Below, in pieces: positions 1-14,110 of a stretch of 64,000 nucleotides of DNA. Numbering within the stretch: position 1 is the stretch's first letter; each line of letters opens with the position of its first letter. The notes under the pieces are model-generated. The model was not told where the DNA came from, did no database searches, and saw nothing but the letters and a program-made list of their open reading frames with translations. Origin of the DNA: Zootoca vivipara (taxonomy: Eukaryota); assembly GCF_963506605.1 (NCBI RefSeq), contig NC_083276.1, positions 1,302,001 to 1,366,000 on the forward strand. The letters are read 5' to 3'. The translations under genes were made by a program, and so were the position numbers.

Positions 1-247
1 GGAGCAAGGGCTGAGGCGCTAAAGAAAGCTTGATCATGCAAGCGCCTCAGCCCTTGCTTCCCCCCCCCCAGGACCAATCACCCCCACCCCCCACCCTCTG
101 AATTTTGCTTCGACTCAGACCAACACGGCTAGCTACCTGTTTGCAGTTTTCTGTTTCTCAAGTAATGTCCAGTGGGGCAGCTCTGTTAGTGCCTTGCCTG
201 GGACTTGTCCTTCTGTGTCAAAGACCATCATTTTCAACCTTTTAAGT

Positions 248-627
248 AAAAAGGTAAAGGACCCCTGGACGGTTAAGTTGAGTCAAAGGCAACTATGGGG
301 TTGTGGTCCTCATCTCGCTTTGAGGCCGAGGGAGCCGGCATTTGTCCACAGTTAGTTTTCCGGGTCATGTGGCCAGCAGGACTAAACCGCTTCTGGCGCA
401 ACAGAACACCGTGATGGAAACTAGAGCACATGGAAATGCTGTTTACCTTCCCGCCACAGTGGTACCTATTCATCTACTTGCACTGGCATGCTTTTAAACT
501 GCTAGGTTGGCAGGAGCTGGGACAGAGCAATGAGAGCTCACCCCGTCACGGGGATTCAAACTGCTGACCTTCCGATCAGCAAGCCCAAGAGGCTCAGTGG
601 TTTAGACCACAGCGCTATCCACGTCCC
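248..627 (-). mobile_element. Sauria SINE (Squam1-type), near full length
   Basis: On the minus strand, a tRNA-like head GGGACGTGGATAGCGCTGTGGTCTAAACCAC and a 3' (ACCTTT)n tail; clearly homologous to the copy at 14531. Confidence 0.85.
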
Positions 628-900
628 TTTCAATCTTTACTTGGCTTTGAAACTTGCTCTGGGCATGTATCTCTCTTTGCAACCTGGTCTGATTGGCAGA
701 GCTGTTGTGCAGGGAGATGGGAATAGAATTTCAGGGTGCTGGTATTCAACAAAAAGGATTAATAGTAAGGTTCGAAAGAATCATAGACAGATAGGGGGAA
801 AAGGGGACAGCTCCCAAGGAGCAGTCACTTTTGGGACTGGTGAATAAACTCCAGGAGCCGGGGGAACGCAACACTCTCCCAAACTGCTTGCTTTCACTGA

Positions 901-906
901 TTTATT
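901..906 (-). terminator. Candidate KLHL28 poly(A) signal (AATAAA on minus strand), implying a ~3.85 kb 3' UTR
   Basis: TTTATT at 901-906; the sequence between 906 and the stop at 4759 is largely free of recognisable transposons, as expected for a long UTR. Confidence 0.45.
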
Positions 907-3900
907 TAGTCAACATCGCACAACCAAATGAAATACCGTTACAATGAGAAAAGAACATTATCACACTTAGCAAACACAAAAGAACAAGGAGGTTGCTGAG
1001 CAGGTTCCCACTCAACTCAAATGCCACCTTTGTAAACGGGGTGGGAGAACACGAAGCCCGCTGGTAGGAAGCTACGCTAGTTGCCCAGCAAACCCATGGA
1101 GAAAAACGGGTCAGAGTCGCATTGAAAGCTACAGTACATGAGGGGTCGGAATCCTGCTTTAAAAGCTGGCTTTGCCTTGGGCCAGAGAGGTGACAGCACA
1201 CCCCATGTAAGGCAAAGAGAAGAGCCGTCACCCAGCTCTTCCAATGAGTTCAGAGGGGTTTAAGGCAAGCGTGGAGTGCTCATGTTCTCACACACAACGG
1301 AAGGGGTCACAAAGCAACAAGAATGAGCTTCGTTATCTCTGGTGGGTGGGCAAGAGGGGCAGATGCAAGCAAAGCGACAAACAGGTGCCCAGGGTAGCGT
1401 CACGGTGAAACCACAACACTTCCCAGTGTTCTGCATCAGGTCCTTTTAGGAGCTGAATGGCAACAGTCTTGTGGCACCAAGGAGCACCATGTGCAGCCCA
1501 GCATACCTCACACCTGCCGCCCCTTCAATCTACTCTGCTCTATGTTTCCTGATGGAAGGTGAGTGCGCTTTCAGGCGTGGGCAGTATGTCTGCTTCTTTC
1601 TCCTTGAGTCACCCATTAATGCAAATCTGACCGACAGCAGGCACACACTCCCCCTGATCTACAGTTGCTTTGCCACACGGGGATGATGACTTAAAGCAAG
1701 ACCTTGTGCAATGTCTTACATGGAAAGGCCTTCTCTGAGAGACAAGACAGTTGCTGAACTGCAGCAAACTTATTGCAGCCTAGAAGTGTGACAGCTGGGC
1801 TGTTTGGTTTGCCTTATGCCTGAGCACTTAGGTGAATGGGAAAACGAAGCCCCCAGACAGAAGGGAGTCTGGCAAACTTGCTGAAATATGCCAATCCCTA
1901 GACTTGCATCTACCACACTCACAAATTACCCTGCAAGGAATCAATCCAGTCTTGACTAAAACAGTTATTTGCTCCTTAGCACACTGGTTTTTTAATGAAA
2001 GTGCTCTACATGAATATATTTTTAAAGAACTCATGAACATCTACAGGGCTAGATTCCAATAAGCTAACAATTTTGTAGGCTGCCCCATGAAAGTGCCCAG
2101 AGGCCCTTGATAAAAAGCTGCTACATCCAAGTTGGACCCTCTACTGGGTACTATATGCCGCCACCTTCCAACAGGGCAGCTTAGGAAGGGGCAACGGCCA
2201 GGATTCAATTACTGTGTTTCCAAACACATCCTTGGCTCAGGGGTCCTTAAGCATGATGAGAAACTGTCAGCTCTGCTTATGACGACAGACTAGCAGCAGT
2301 CATGCTTTGCAGGAGGCTCAAGGGGCACGGCAGATAACGAGGGCAAACATGCTCATCAAGGCCTTTGCATCCCGCAACCATTTCATACCCTCCCTCCCTC
2401 GCCCTCCGGTCATGCCTTGTGGCTAGGAGTTGCAATAATCGATCTGCTTCTAAGTTCAAAGGCACCTCAAAGAGAGCGAGAGAGCGCTAGCACACGTGAA
2501 CCGTTTAACCAAGCTTTTTTCTTGAACTGAAATTGAGTAGTTCATGAACACAGAAGAACTGAAACAGCTTTGACGGCCTCCTATAAATTGCTTTAAGGTT
2601 TTCTTCGCGCTGTCCACAGTAAGCATCTCCAAAGGAAGCCTCACAGAAATGAACAGGAATTCCTCCAAGTGCACCATTCCGTACAGGAAAGGTCACTGCA
2701 ACTGTTTGCATGATGCTATTATTGCTGAGGAACAAGAATCGACAAGCCACCCTGCAGCCACTAGGCAGAAAGTACTTGTCTGGTCATTTAGTTGCTTGAA
2801 AACGGCTGGACTCCCTTAATATCTTAAGGGGAGTTTAGGGAAAACACAGTACATGCAAGCGTAGATAGAAATGTGATGCAACTTTGTGCTCTCCTAGTGT
2901 CAGTCTAAATGTGAGCTCATGGGAGGAGGAGGAAGGAAGGAAGGAAGGGAGAAAAACAGCGTCATTTACCCTATTAGAACTTGGAACAAGTTCAGAAGTA
3001 GAAGGCTTAACACAAACTGCATACCCCATTGCTGTATGCTTGTGAATTATGAATAACTGGGGAGAAAGTAACTTGTGTTAAATAGAGAAAAAAGAGGGGA
3101 GAAATAATTTCGAGAGGAAGGAAAGTGGGAGAACACAACAGCAAAAGTACAGCTACCTGAACAAAACAGAGATATATGGGGGCAAACACACAAAACAGAA
3201 ATCTGAAGAACTAGTTTCACAGTCATCTGTATGAAATGATGACCACACAGGGTCTTGCTTAACCCCTTCAGAACTTAAAACTAAGTTTAGATGACTATTT
3301 CTTACAGGAACTGCCCTGCTGGAGAGCAGTTCACCAGCACTGGGCAAGTCCTCCTGAAATGAAGGCTGGCTGAACAGCAGCATTTGAAGAATTGCTTGGA
3401 AAGACGGAAAGTAGCGGGATCAATGCTGCCTAATTATTTGTCTTAAAGGGAAAAGGCAAGAATTCTATACGGAAGAATATACTTTCCGTCCATTAAGAAT
3501 CTGAGTTAGAGTTCTCCAAATGAGGTAATCTAATGAAATGTTATGATGTTAAATGTTCGACATGTTGCACAGGCACGGATGAAAGAAACGGAAGGAAAAC
3601 GTCAAAACAAGAAACCACCAGCATGTAAACTGGCATCATTCACCACATCGGCTTCAGACCACCTCAGACTCGGCAGATCCTGCTCTTTTCGCCAAACCAT
3701 CAAGACAGTGCAGTCCTCTCCTATTTACTCAGAAGCTGGTCCCTCTGGTTTTAATGGGACTTTGCTCCCTTGCAATTGTGCTGCGGGTGAGAGCCTTAGA
3801 CTGCCAACAGCCTTGCTAAAAAATAAATCTTTTCTTAGCACCATGTTAGAATCAGAAGACTTTGAAAACTTGGTTGTACATTCTTTACAGCCATACATGG

Positions 3901-4758
3901 TCTAATTCATATGGATTGAAGTGTGAAGGGAGGGAGGACACTTCTATCTTTTTGAAGTATTTTTACACACATGCTGCAAAACTGATTAAACATGATAAAA
4001 ACGCACACACACACACACAAACAACCCAAGAGGTGTGGGAAGGGTTTGCTGTCTGAACTGCTATCTGTGACAGGCTTGAAAGCTGTTGATCCTTTCATTC
4101 AGATAAGGAGAAGGGTTACAGGTTTTAGACAGGTAGGCAACTCCAAAAAGTGGAGGGCTAAAAAGGCATTCAGCTTATCAACTTAAGAGAGCCACCGGCT
4201 CGTCCACTCGCCAAATCCACACAAGCAAGTTAAGAAAAACAACAGGGAGTGGATACTAAGTGCAGGCAAACAGATGACGACCGCATCAGTTATTTACAAA
4301 CCCGGAGTAAAGGGGGATGGGGGGAGAGGCAGCCCTTTAGTTAACTGTTCATAAAAAAATTGTGAAGCAATGATGGTCTCTCGCTGCAAAGATGAAGCCA
4401 GACATCAACCAGGCAGTCTTCACCAAGGTTAACTACGTCAGTCAGAGGAGGAGGAGGAGAAAGAGGACAAAGCTCCATGAGTCAGGGAGTTTCTACGCCT
4501 ACTTCAGGCAACACAGTGATTCTTGCATCGAGATGAATTATTTTCATGTTAATGACAGTATGCAGCCTGAGTCCCTGCCAGGAACATGGCTCCATTTTTT
4601 TTCCGCCCTTCGCTTCTTTGTGATCAGCAATAACCAGGAACAATTCTCGTTAACCTGTCTGCATTTCATTTGAGCTTTCCCCCCTTCCTCCCGGCTCCAG
4701 GAAGTGCAGCTTCCGGACTCCACAGTCTGTGCCAGTTGCATCCTCAAGTGCTCCCACT

Positions 4759-7700
4759 TCATAGCGCCGTCAAGCCAAAATTGCACCGGCAGTACATCAT
4801 GCCAGCCGTGTCCAGCCAGCTATCCGATATGGGGTCGTATTTCTGTACAGTGTTCAGGTAGGACGACCCTGAGTGTCCGCCAACTACATAAAGGTAGGTG
4901 TCAATTACAGCCGCGCCAACTCCTAGTGGGGGTGAGTAGAAAGGAGAAAAAGAAATGTTGAATGCCAGGAGATCACCTCCCCTTCTCTACAAAAGGAGTA
5001 AGAACATTGTAGGAACAGAATATAGGCCAACTGCAGAGCTTGGAAGACTGATGATAGGCAGGCTCAGATTGAAGCTCTGCTGAGTTCAACAGAACTTACA
5101 GATCCGAGTTTATTTTGGGGCCTAGTTCACCTGGGAAGTTTATCCACCTAGCCACATAAATATTTTCAGGGCAGTTCACAATACCAAATAAATACAGGAC
5201 AATGCAAGTTAACATGGTCCATGAAACTAGCAGCAGGAAGAAATTAAAAGTTGAATTAATAGAGACTGCTGTGGAATCTCTGGGTGATGCCTTGGGTCTG
5301 GTTTATTGTGAAAAGGTGTCTAATAGAAGGGCCAGTACAGTACAGTACCAATCACAGAATGCACTTTGGACCTGCCTTCCAGAAACTCTGAAAAGACCAC
5401 GGCTAAGCTCTCCCAACACCTAGCCCAACTCCCTTTCCTCATTCTCACATAATGATGATGCCTAGTTCTCACAAGGCCACAGTGTAGTAGATCCATGGCT
5501 TGAATTAGCCAACAACATGATAAGCAGAGAAGGCATATCTGGGAGGGAGGGGAAGTGCCAGACCCCTTGAGCATCTAGGCAGGGGAATGCAGGGCTGAGA
5601 AGAACACCCAGCAGAAGCCAGTGGCAGAAAATTGTTCCTTGTCCAACCTACAGTGTCACAAATGCATTCCCAGATGGAACAGAAGCTTCCACTGGTCTCT
5701 AGGCCAGGGTGATGGGAATCCATGGGCTGATCCTGCCCTTGAGCAAGCAGGACACCGCCCTCAAGCTCACAAGGGAGGCGCAACCGCTCGTTGGCTAACC
5801 ATTGCTCTTGGGGCTCAGATTTGGGGACTCCATCTTAGCTACAACAAGCAACTCTATGGAGCTTATTGGGGTTATTCTGCAAGTCAGGGCTACCGACAAA
5901 GGAAATTGTTCCAAGGATCAAGCCTCACCCAATTCCTCAGCAACAGAAAAAAGTACACGGTTGGAAAAGAGGAAACTGGCAAAGCCACATTCAAAGACAG
6001 CAAAAAAAGCAATATATTGCCTGCGTATTAAAGGAGTCAGATGGAGGAAGATACATGATCAGGAGACACTGAAGCATATCAGTAACATTCAGGCTAAGGC
6101 CAGCCTTCTCCCAAGTTGGTGCGCTCCTGATTTTTTGGACTACAAGTCCCATCAGCCACAGAATCACATGGGTTGCGCTGGAGGGTAGTTGTAGTGTAAA
6201 ACGTATGGAGGACACCAGTATGGTAAAGGTAGGCCTAAGGTATGGAAAGCATCTTAAGCTATGTTTGCATCGATAGATCAATCTAACATCCTCTTTCAGT
6301 GCATTTTCAGCTGCTGGGCTGCTCTCACCCAGAGAGGGCTGAAAGTGAGGAAGGAGGACTTCTATTTATATCCCTGAACCATCAGTTATTTGAATGCTGC
6401 TCAAGTAGGTCCCTTGCAGAGTTACTTAGTCTACTGCGGCAAGGACTACTATTTCCTTTCTGAAAAGCAAAGCCAAAGAGCCCTTAGGGGTATCCTGACA
6501 ACTTCACTAAGCACTATCCTGCTCGGACATAACAAATGAAGAATGCATTCCTACAAATAAAAGGTATGTGAAGAGCACTGAGGCAAAGAATATTCTTGCA
6601 CGTGGCCTCAAAGGAGGACCCTGTGCTGTTTCACTTGGTTCCACCCCAGCCCCCGGTAAGTCACAATGAAGTGACAGCAACTTCTAAGCCAACCAGAAGC
6701 AGCTCCTGGGATTCATCCTACCTGTTCGGGGTTCCTTCATCGGCTGGCAAACAGTCCACTGGTTTTGATGAGGGTCGTATCGCTCAATGCTGGACAAGTG
6801 GGAGACACCGTTGTGCCCTCCGACCACGAAAATAAAGCCCAGCATAACCCCAACGCCAAAGTTTATTCTTTTGTCCGCCATCGGAGCGACTGGCTCCCAG
6901 GAGTCCTTGCTGGGATCGTAACGTTCCACGCTGCAGAAGGAGACCAACAAAAGGGATTAGTGGCAACACTTTGTACCGATTTAATCCCTCAAGAAGCCAC
7001 CGTAGCTGTGTTCATGAGGGATTCCCAGCACGTTGAGAATCCCCAGTGAGATAGAGCAGGAGTTACCAGCCTCAATATATTTTGCTGTAACAGAATAGCT
7101 CTGGGTATAAAGAGGAAAAGGTCCACCAATTGCTGAAGGGTCACCCAGTGCAATATCCTTGGCCCACAATGAAAGCAAGGCTGTGAACTAGCTGCATGTA
7201 AGGAGAAGGGCTGTAGTTCAGCAGCAGAATATCTGCTTTGCAAGAGGAAGTTCCCAGGTTCAGTCCCCAATGGCACCCCCAGGAAGGGCGGAGAAAGACT
7301 CCCTGCTCGAAACCCTGAACAACCACAGGCAGTGAGTGTAGACAAGGCAGAGCTTGATGGACCAATGGTCCGACTCCATTTAAGGCAGCTTCCTGTGCGC
7401 CTAAAACACCAAGACAACTGAGGAAAAAAAAAAAGAGGGGCACTGCTCAGGTACACCTGCCTCACCAACATGGTCAGCCCCTCATGGGCTCAGGCTGTGC
7501 TTCCTAAACGTTTTGATGGCTAAGGGGCCTTGCCTTCGTGGACATTTCTACATACCAGAAGTGCAAGGAATGCCACACATGCAATGAAGAATGATGCGGC
7601 CCACAGTAATTCTGCGCCCACACTATATCTTGGCTCAAGTCAATGGAAGCCACCTGTCCCAGCTCTACTTCAAACTCCACTAGGAAGGTAGAGTAGTACC

Positions 7701-10544
7701 GCATTGCCTGTCATAAGCTCCTTCATTCTGCACACCCTGCACAAAGATCCCTTCTCTCAGCACACTTTCTCGAAGAAGTGGAGGGATCCGAGGAAAATGG
7801 CTGGACACACCTCCGTGCCTCCCCCCCCCCTCAATGGGGCACCCCCGTGGGGAGGCAGCGAGGCACTGCATTCTGCGGCACGCTAACATCCTGCCCAGTT
7901 CTAGCAGGAGGAATAAAAAATGCCAAATGCGCTGGTGAAAGGAAGACGCTCCTTGCCCCAAAGAGTTGACGTATCAGGGCAGTGACTCCTGCCTCCAGCT
8001 ACAAGAACATCAAGGCAACCCAAGACCCTGCTCTTTATACCACCCATATAACAAGCCTGGGAACAGACTAGTGCTGAAGCTCTGCTAGTGCAATGGACTT
8101 TCGTGTGCATAACAGAGCTTATTTTTCTTCTTCTCCTGCCCTCCCCACTCAAAATGAGTTCTGGAGGGTTGGGGGACCCTCCAGAGATCTTGAAGGCATG
8201 AAGGGGGAGGAGAGGAAATAAATATCCAACTGTGTCAAGGGAGGTCTTTAAGCAGAGGCTTTGGAGGTCTTTCAGCAGAGGCTTGACAGGCATATGTCAA
8301 GAATGCTTTGATGGTGTTTCCTGCTTGGCAGGGGGTTGGACTGGATGACCCTTGTGGTCTCTTCCAACTCTATGATTCTATGATTCTATGAATCATCCAC
8401 AAGGAGCACTGGACACAAGTCTTAAGCTGTAGCTTTCACGCTATGTGCCTTTTTCTCCCCAAAGAGACCCACCTAAGTGTACCCACAGCAGGAAGAAGAG
8501 AAGATACTGGGTGCAGGGGGAGGGGGGGGGAGAAAGGGTAAGAAACCACAGTGTGTGAACCTGAGCATTTGCCAGCCACATTGCAAGGCTTCCTAGTTTA
8601 GGACTGAAATAGGGAAGGTCTGGGGCAATGGGAATTCTGCTATAAGAATGTGGAAGTGAATAGACAGCTTATTTACTCGTTTTAAGTGGGGCTGGTGTTT
8701 TTATGTGAGCTCATCGCTGAGTCTTGGGCATTGGTTGAGCTAGTAATTCAGTTATATAAAGACTATGGTTGCCAAGGCTGGACAAGAGACGCCGACTCTA
8801 CGGGGGAGGGGGGGCACAGAGGAGTTCCTGCTCCAATTCAAATCCAAACACGAGCTTAACGAAGATGTTTCCATGAGGCAACTTTCCACTCTGCTTTTGC
8901 ACCTTCCACCAAGTGAGCTGAGAGTATTCGGCCGGAGTAAAACTCAGCCTGGAGAAGACAAAGGGTACCCACAGGGGTGTCAACATCTTGCCCTGTAAAG
9001 GGTGCACAGAGACATTTCCGGACCAGGACTTAATATTAGCCTCAAGCCAACTAAAAGCTTCTTTGAAACCTTCAATTTCTCTTTCTAAGTTTGCAATGAA
9101 GGAAAACACATTGAGCTCTACTGCAGGTTTTAGCTGACGATCACAGAGAATCCCTTGGGCAAATCCTCCAGAGCAAGCTAATGAGGCACACTGGGAGCAA
9201 CTACGGGTTGTTTGGAAGCAGCTCTTGCATGTGCCGACTCAACAGGGCTTAGGTCTGTGGGGGCGGGGTGTGTGTGTCTGTGTGCGTGCGTGCGTGCGTG
9301 CTAGGGGGTGCTTCATCCAATGCCCAATGGCCCAGCTCTACTTACCTGTTCATATGAGCGGGGCCGTAACCTCCAATGGCGTAGATCATTCCATCCAGAA
9401 TGGCTGCGGCAAAGCAGCTCCTGGTTTTGCTCATCGGCGCCACAGGCTGCCACTCCTTCACCTTGGGAATGTACTTCTCCACAGACTGCAGGTAGGACTG
9501 CCCATCGTAGCCCCCCAAGGCGTAGATTTCTCGTGACAGAACCGCCACCCCCAGGGTGCTGCGGCTCTCGTTCATGCTCTCGAGGGACGTCCAGGTGTTT
9601 GTGTCGGGGTCCCAGCACTCCACGGAGCTCTCGTGCTTCCGATAGTTGATTCCTTGGCACATGTGGGTTGCGATCCCTCCTATGACGTAGATTTTCTGGT
9701 CAAGGACGCAGATTCCGAACTCATAGCGAGGGACGCTCAAAGGGGCCAGGCCTATCCAGGAGTCGTTCTGAGGGAAGTACATCTCAACGCTGCGGAAGGA
9801 GGAGGAGGGGGAAGAGGTCATGAGGCAAAATGCAAGAAGGTAAGAAGAGGCTGCTGTATTGAGCCAATGGCCCACCTGGTCCAGCATCCCATTCTCACAG
9901 GTGCCTAGGGGAAACTCTCAGTTGAGATTCGAGCAGGAGAGCAGCTCTCCGCTCTGGTGGTTTCCAGCAACTGACGTGCTGAAACACTGCTGCCTCTGAC
10001 CAGCGCATGGCCATCAGGGCGAGGAGCCACTAATAGTTTGACCCTTCATAAAATGGTCCAATCCTTATTCAAAGCCATCCAATTCAGTGGCTACCTTCGG
10101 GTCCTACTTCTAGTTTGCTGGACTCAATGCCCTCCTGGATGTACAGAGCGACACCACTTCACGCATTGCCCAGCGCCAATAAGCATGGGTACAGGCAATC
10201 CAGCAGACATTGTATCTATGGACATTCAAAAGGTTTTCCTTCGCCAAAGTACTGAGCTGACTTAGCAATCATGGGATAAGAGGACAGGTCCTCGCATGGA
10301 CCTGTATAATTGGGCTTATTTATTCTTCTTTCATAAAATTTAAAAACAGCTTGATGGTTAGGGGGGGAAACCTCAAAGTGGTTTACAAAAAGGCTAAAAC
10401 AATAAATTGCCTCTAAAAATGTAAAACACCGCAGAAAGTTAAAACCACAGTAAAATAGACTAAAACAAATGAAAACTCATACAAACTTTTTAAACATCTG
10501 GGTAGGCTTGTCTACATAGGAATGTCTAACAACAAGAAGGCAAC

Positions 10545-10592
<48 letters not shown>

Positions 10593-13500
10593 TATACCCC
10601 GCCCATCTGGCCGGGTTCCCCCAGCCACTCTGGGCGGCTTCCAAAAAAAAACCAGAAATTCTAAAATACAGAAATCCATCAAACATTAAAAGCTTCCCTA
10701 AACAGGGCTGCCTTGAGATGCCTTCTAAAGGTCTGGTAATTGTTCTCTTTGACCTCTAGTGGGAGGGCATTCCACAGGGTGGGTGCCACTACCGAGAAGG
10801 CCCTCTGCCTGGTTCCCTGTAACTTGGCTTCTCGTAATGAGGGAACCGCCAGAAGGCCCTCGGAGCTGGACCTCAGTGTCCGGGCAGAACGATGGGGGTG
10901 GAGACGCTCCTTCAGGTATACCGGACCGAGGCCGTTTAGGGCTTTAAAGGTCAACACCAACACTTTGAATTGTGCTCGGAAACGTACTGGGAGCCAATGT
11001 AGGTCTTTTAGGACCGGTGTTATGTGATCTCGGCGGCCGCTCCCAGTCACCAGTCTAGCTGCCGCATTCTGGATTAGTTGTAGTTTCCGGGTCACCTTCA
11101 AAGGTAGCCCCACGTAGAGCGCATTGCAGTAGTCCAAGCGAGAGATAACTAGAGCATGCACCACTCTGGAGAGACAGTCAGTGGGCAGGTAGGGACTCAG
11201 CCTGCGTACCAGATGGAGCTGATAAACAGCTGCCCTGGACACGGAGTTGACCTGTGCCTCCATGGACAGCTGTGAGTCTAAAATGACTCCCAGGCTGCGC
11301 ACCTGGTCTTTCAGGGGCACAGTTACCCCATTCAGGACCAGGGAGTCCTCCACACCCGCTCGCCTCCTGTCCCCCACAAACAGTACTTCTGTCTTGTCAG
11401 GATTCAATCTCAATCTGTTAGCCGCCATCCATCCTCCAACCGCCTCCAAGCACTCACACAGGACCTTCACCGCCTTCACTGGTTCTGATTTAAAAGAGAG
11501 GTAGAGCTGGGTATCATCAGCATACTGATGGACACCCAGCCCAAACCCCCTGATGATCTCTCCCAGTGGCTGCATATAGATGTTAAAAAGCATGGGGGAG
11601 AGGACAGAACCCTGAGGCACCCCACAAGTGAGCGCCCAGGGGTCTGAACACTCATCCCCCACCACCACTTTCTGAACACGGCCCAGGAGGAAGGAGCGGA
11701 ACCACTGCATGACAGTGCCCCCAGCTCCCAAGCCCTCTAGACGGTCCAGAAGGATGTTATGGTCGATGGTGTCAAAAGCCGCTGAGAGATCCAGCAGAAC
11801 TGGATAAACTATAGGAATAAACTGAGAGTTCTCCAGGATGGAGGCCAGTGAGCTGTTGGGTCCTGCAGTTATCTGTACTGGGGCCTTTTAATCTTGTTCA
11901 TAACCAGTATTTGGGGGTGAGAAGTGGAGTGGTTAAATGACATGCTGACGACATGAAATTACAGTACTGTACAGTACTGTACAGTAAGAAAAGCTATGAA
12001 GAACTGTGAAAGGATCTCTCCAAATTAGGTGAATAGTCAGTAAAGCTATGTGTACTGGGGCACCTTCACATAGACCCTGAAGTGATCCAAACTGGGGGTG
12101 ACTGGTCAGAAAAGGATCCTTGGGAGCAGCAGTGCGTAGCTCAGTGTGCAAGAGATTTGATGAAGGCAAATTCCTTGCTAGGATAGGGGCGAAGAAGAAA
12201 AACTGTCCCCCTTTTCTCCCTCTTTCATAAAACTTGGGAGTCATCCAATGAAGGTGATTATTGGGAGTTTCAGGACAGACAAAAGAAAGCCCCTTTTCCC
12301 AATGCACATAAATTAAATCGTGGAATTCGCTACCACAGGGAAGGCCAGCAACTTGGATGGCCATAAGAGATGAAAATTCATGGATGTTAAACCTCTCAGT
12401 GGCTCCATGCTACCTCCAGGATCAGAAGTACCATGATTCTGAATAGTAGCTGCTGAGGGAAAGCGAGCATGAAAGCCCTATTGCTCTCGTGTCCTGTCTC
12501 TGGACTTCCCGGAGGCACCTACCATCAGCCACTGCAGAAAAGAGGGTGCTGGACTAGGAAGGAGTTTGGTTTAACCAGGGGTCAGCAAGGCTTACTGGCC
12601 ATGGACTGGATCACGCCCACGGAGATCGTTCGTGGGCCGGGCCGGTGCAGCGCAACGCCAGAAACTGCTTCTGCACATGCCCAGATGCAATTTCCGGTAT
12701 CTGCACGTGCGCAGACGCAATTTTTGGCGCCGCTCAGCGAGTCCCCGTCCCGCACCGGTTTAGCACAGTGCTTGGGGGACTCGCTGAGTAGGCAGCTCGG
12801 TTGAGGGGTGGCTCATGGGCCGGTAAAACGGTCTTCGCGGGCCGCATCCAGCCCATGGGCCGCACGTTGTCGATCCCTGGTCTAACCCCCCGGAGATACT
12901 AGTTGCCTTTACAGAGTAGTGACCAGTGTACAGGAAGAACAGAATAACAATGAATAAAGAGCATTACATATTTAAGCATGAACTGATTGCCTTCAGGAAG
13001 CTGTTTCATCCCAAGCCTTTCCTCGCTTGACCCTTCTGCATGCTCTACGAGACTCGGGAAATGAAAGGCCACAGAAGGCTGCCCACCAAGCTGGTATGCT
13101 CAACTACGGGGTGTAGAAACCATCGCTCACTGCCGTGGCTTCAGAACAGAAGCGCTAGGCAAAGCAAGACCGCTGACTCCGAACCCTTTCCTGGCTCCCG
13201 CTATTCCTCACCTCTCCAAGCAAGCAAAGAGTCCAGCCTTCCCTCCCACGGCGCAGATGACTTTAGGAGAGCAGCGGGGGCGTGTGGTGAGCACCGTCTG
13301 GTACGACAGCCTGTGCTCAGGCATGAAGTGGTACTTCAGGGCTTCATTTAGCAGGTGCTTGCAGGTGTGGTCATCGCGAATGAGATGGTTGGCTTCGTAC
13401 AGCCTGGTGAGGAACTTAACGCTCAGCAGAGGCAGCCGCACGCAGTGGAGGAGCTGGGCCAGGTACTGCTGACGTTCCTGCACGTCATACTTGATCCAGG

Positions 13501-14110
13501 ATTCCAGCGCGTAGAAGACCATCTCCTCGGTGGCCACATTCAGGCAGTCATTGGAAACTATTTCGTCCAGCTCGGAATGAGTCAGTTCAAAAAACTCTTC
13601 CGTCTGGCAAACATCTTCAAAGTTCTGGCAAATGTATTTGTTGGCGGCCAAGTAGAGGTCGTGGCAGCCGTACATCTCCGCAAAGCGGGAGATCCCAATG
13701 CAGTTTCCAGGGTCCAGCTGGCTTTCCAAGAACGTGCAGCATTCCTTCAGCACCAGCTTGATCTGCAGGAGGTTGGCAGCAGGCAGCAGGGACTCCACCG
13801 TGTCCTGAGAGATGAAGACGGTCCCTGTGTAGGCGTATTCCACTATGGCCTGCAGGGCAGCCTCGGCGATGCACTGGAATTCCACCTCAGAGTTCTCTTT
13901 CTCTGAGAGGTTGCCGCCAAACATGGCTTTGAAGTACGGGCTGATGCTGGCGAGCACCACTTTGTGGGCGTGGATCTTGACGTCTCCAACGCGAAGGATG
14001 ATATCGCACAGCTCATGGTGCTGCCGGAGGAGGTTCAAGCCCTGCAGGAGTTGTTCCGAGTGCAAAGGGGTCAAGTTGGCAATCATGTAGGTTGGGGACG
14101 ACTGGTCCAT
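4759..14110 (-). CDS. KLHL28: Kelch-like protein 28 (BTB-BACK-Kelch, probable CUL3 substrate adaptor); 4 coding exons, 571 aa
   Basis: Coding exons 14110-13212 (899 nt, ATG directly after the acceptor AG), 9789-9346 (444), 6930-6722 (209) and 4922-4759 (164, TGA). All introns are GT-AG and the total of 1716 nt is in frame. The protein MDQSSPTYMIANLTPLHSEQLLQGLNLLRQHHELCDIILRVG...YCRCNFGLTAL* is nearly identical to recalled human KLHL28. Confidence 0.97.
7205..7398 (+). mobile_element. Squam3-like tRNA-derived SINE with CR1-type tail (decayed)
   Basis: GGGCTGTAGTTCAG...CCCAGGTTCAGTCCCC head and GATGGACCAATGGTCCGACTC...AAGGCAGCTTCCT tail. Confidence 0.6.
8240..8390 (+). mobile_element. CR1 LINE 3' terminal fragment
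   Basis: GGGTTGGACTGGATGACCCTTGTGGTCTCTTCCAACTC followed by a (TATGATTC)n octamer tail; near-identical to 20290-20408. Confidence 0.85.
10543..11800 (-). mobile_element. L2-clade LINE, 5'-truncated, with intact RT C-terminal ORF (10679-11731) and (ATT)n tail
   Basis: ORF motifs GVPQGSVLSPMLFNIY, QYADDTQLY and LVISRLDYCNALY typical of L2 ORF2; microsatellite tail at 10543-10590. Confidence 0.92.
11801..12570 (+). mobile_element. Old decayed CR1/L3-like LINE remnant (5' part at ~10185-10300), interrupted by the L2 insertion
   Basis: Degenerate CR1-type phrases (CATGGGATAAGAGGACAGGTCC; CAGGACAGACAAAAGAAAG; TGGAATTCGCTACCACAGG) on both sides of the L2. Confidence 0.55.
12576..12879. mobile_element. 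Non-autonomous hAT-like DNA transposon
   Basis: CAGGGGTC...GATCCCTG termini, imperfect 8-bp flanks GTTTAACC/GTCTAACC, CpG-rich interior. Confidence 0.6.

Noticed and set aside
10679-11731. Reverse transcriptase ORF as a possible retron, DGR or domesticated gene
   Set aside because: It is a 5'-truncated L2 LINE with a 3' UTR, a microsatellite tail and sibling copies in the window.
13355-13906. 183-aa plus-strand ORF
   Set aside because: It is the antisense shadow of KLHL28 exon 2.
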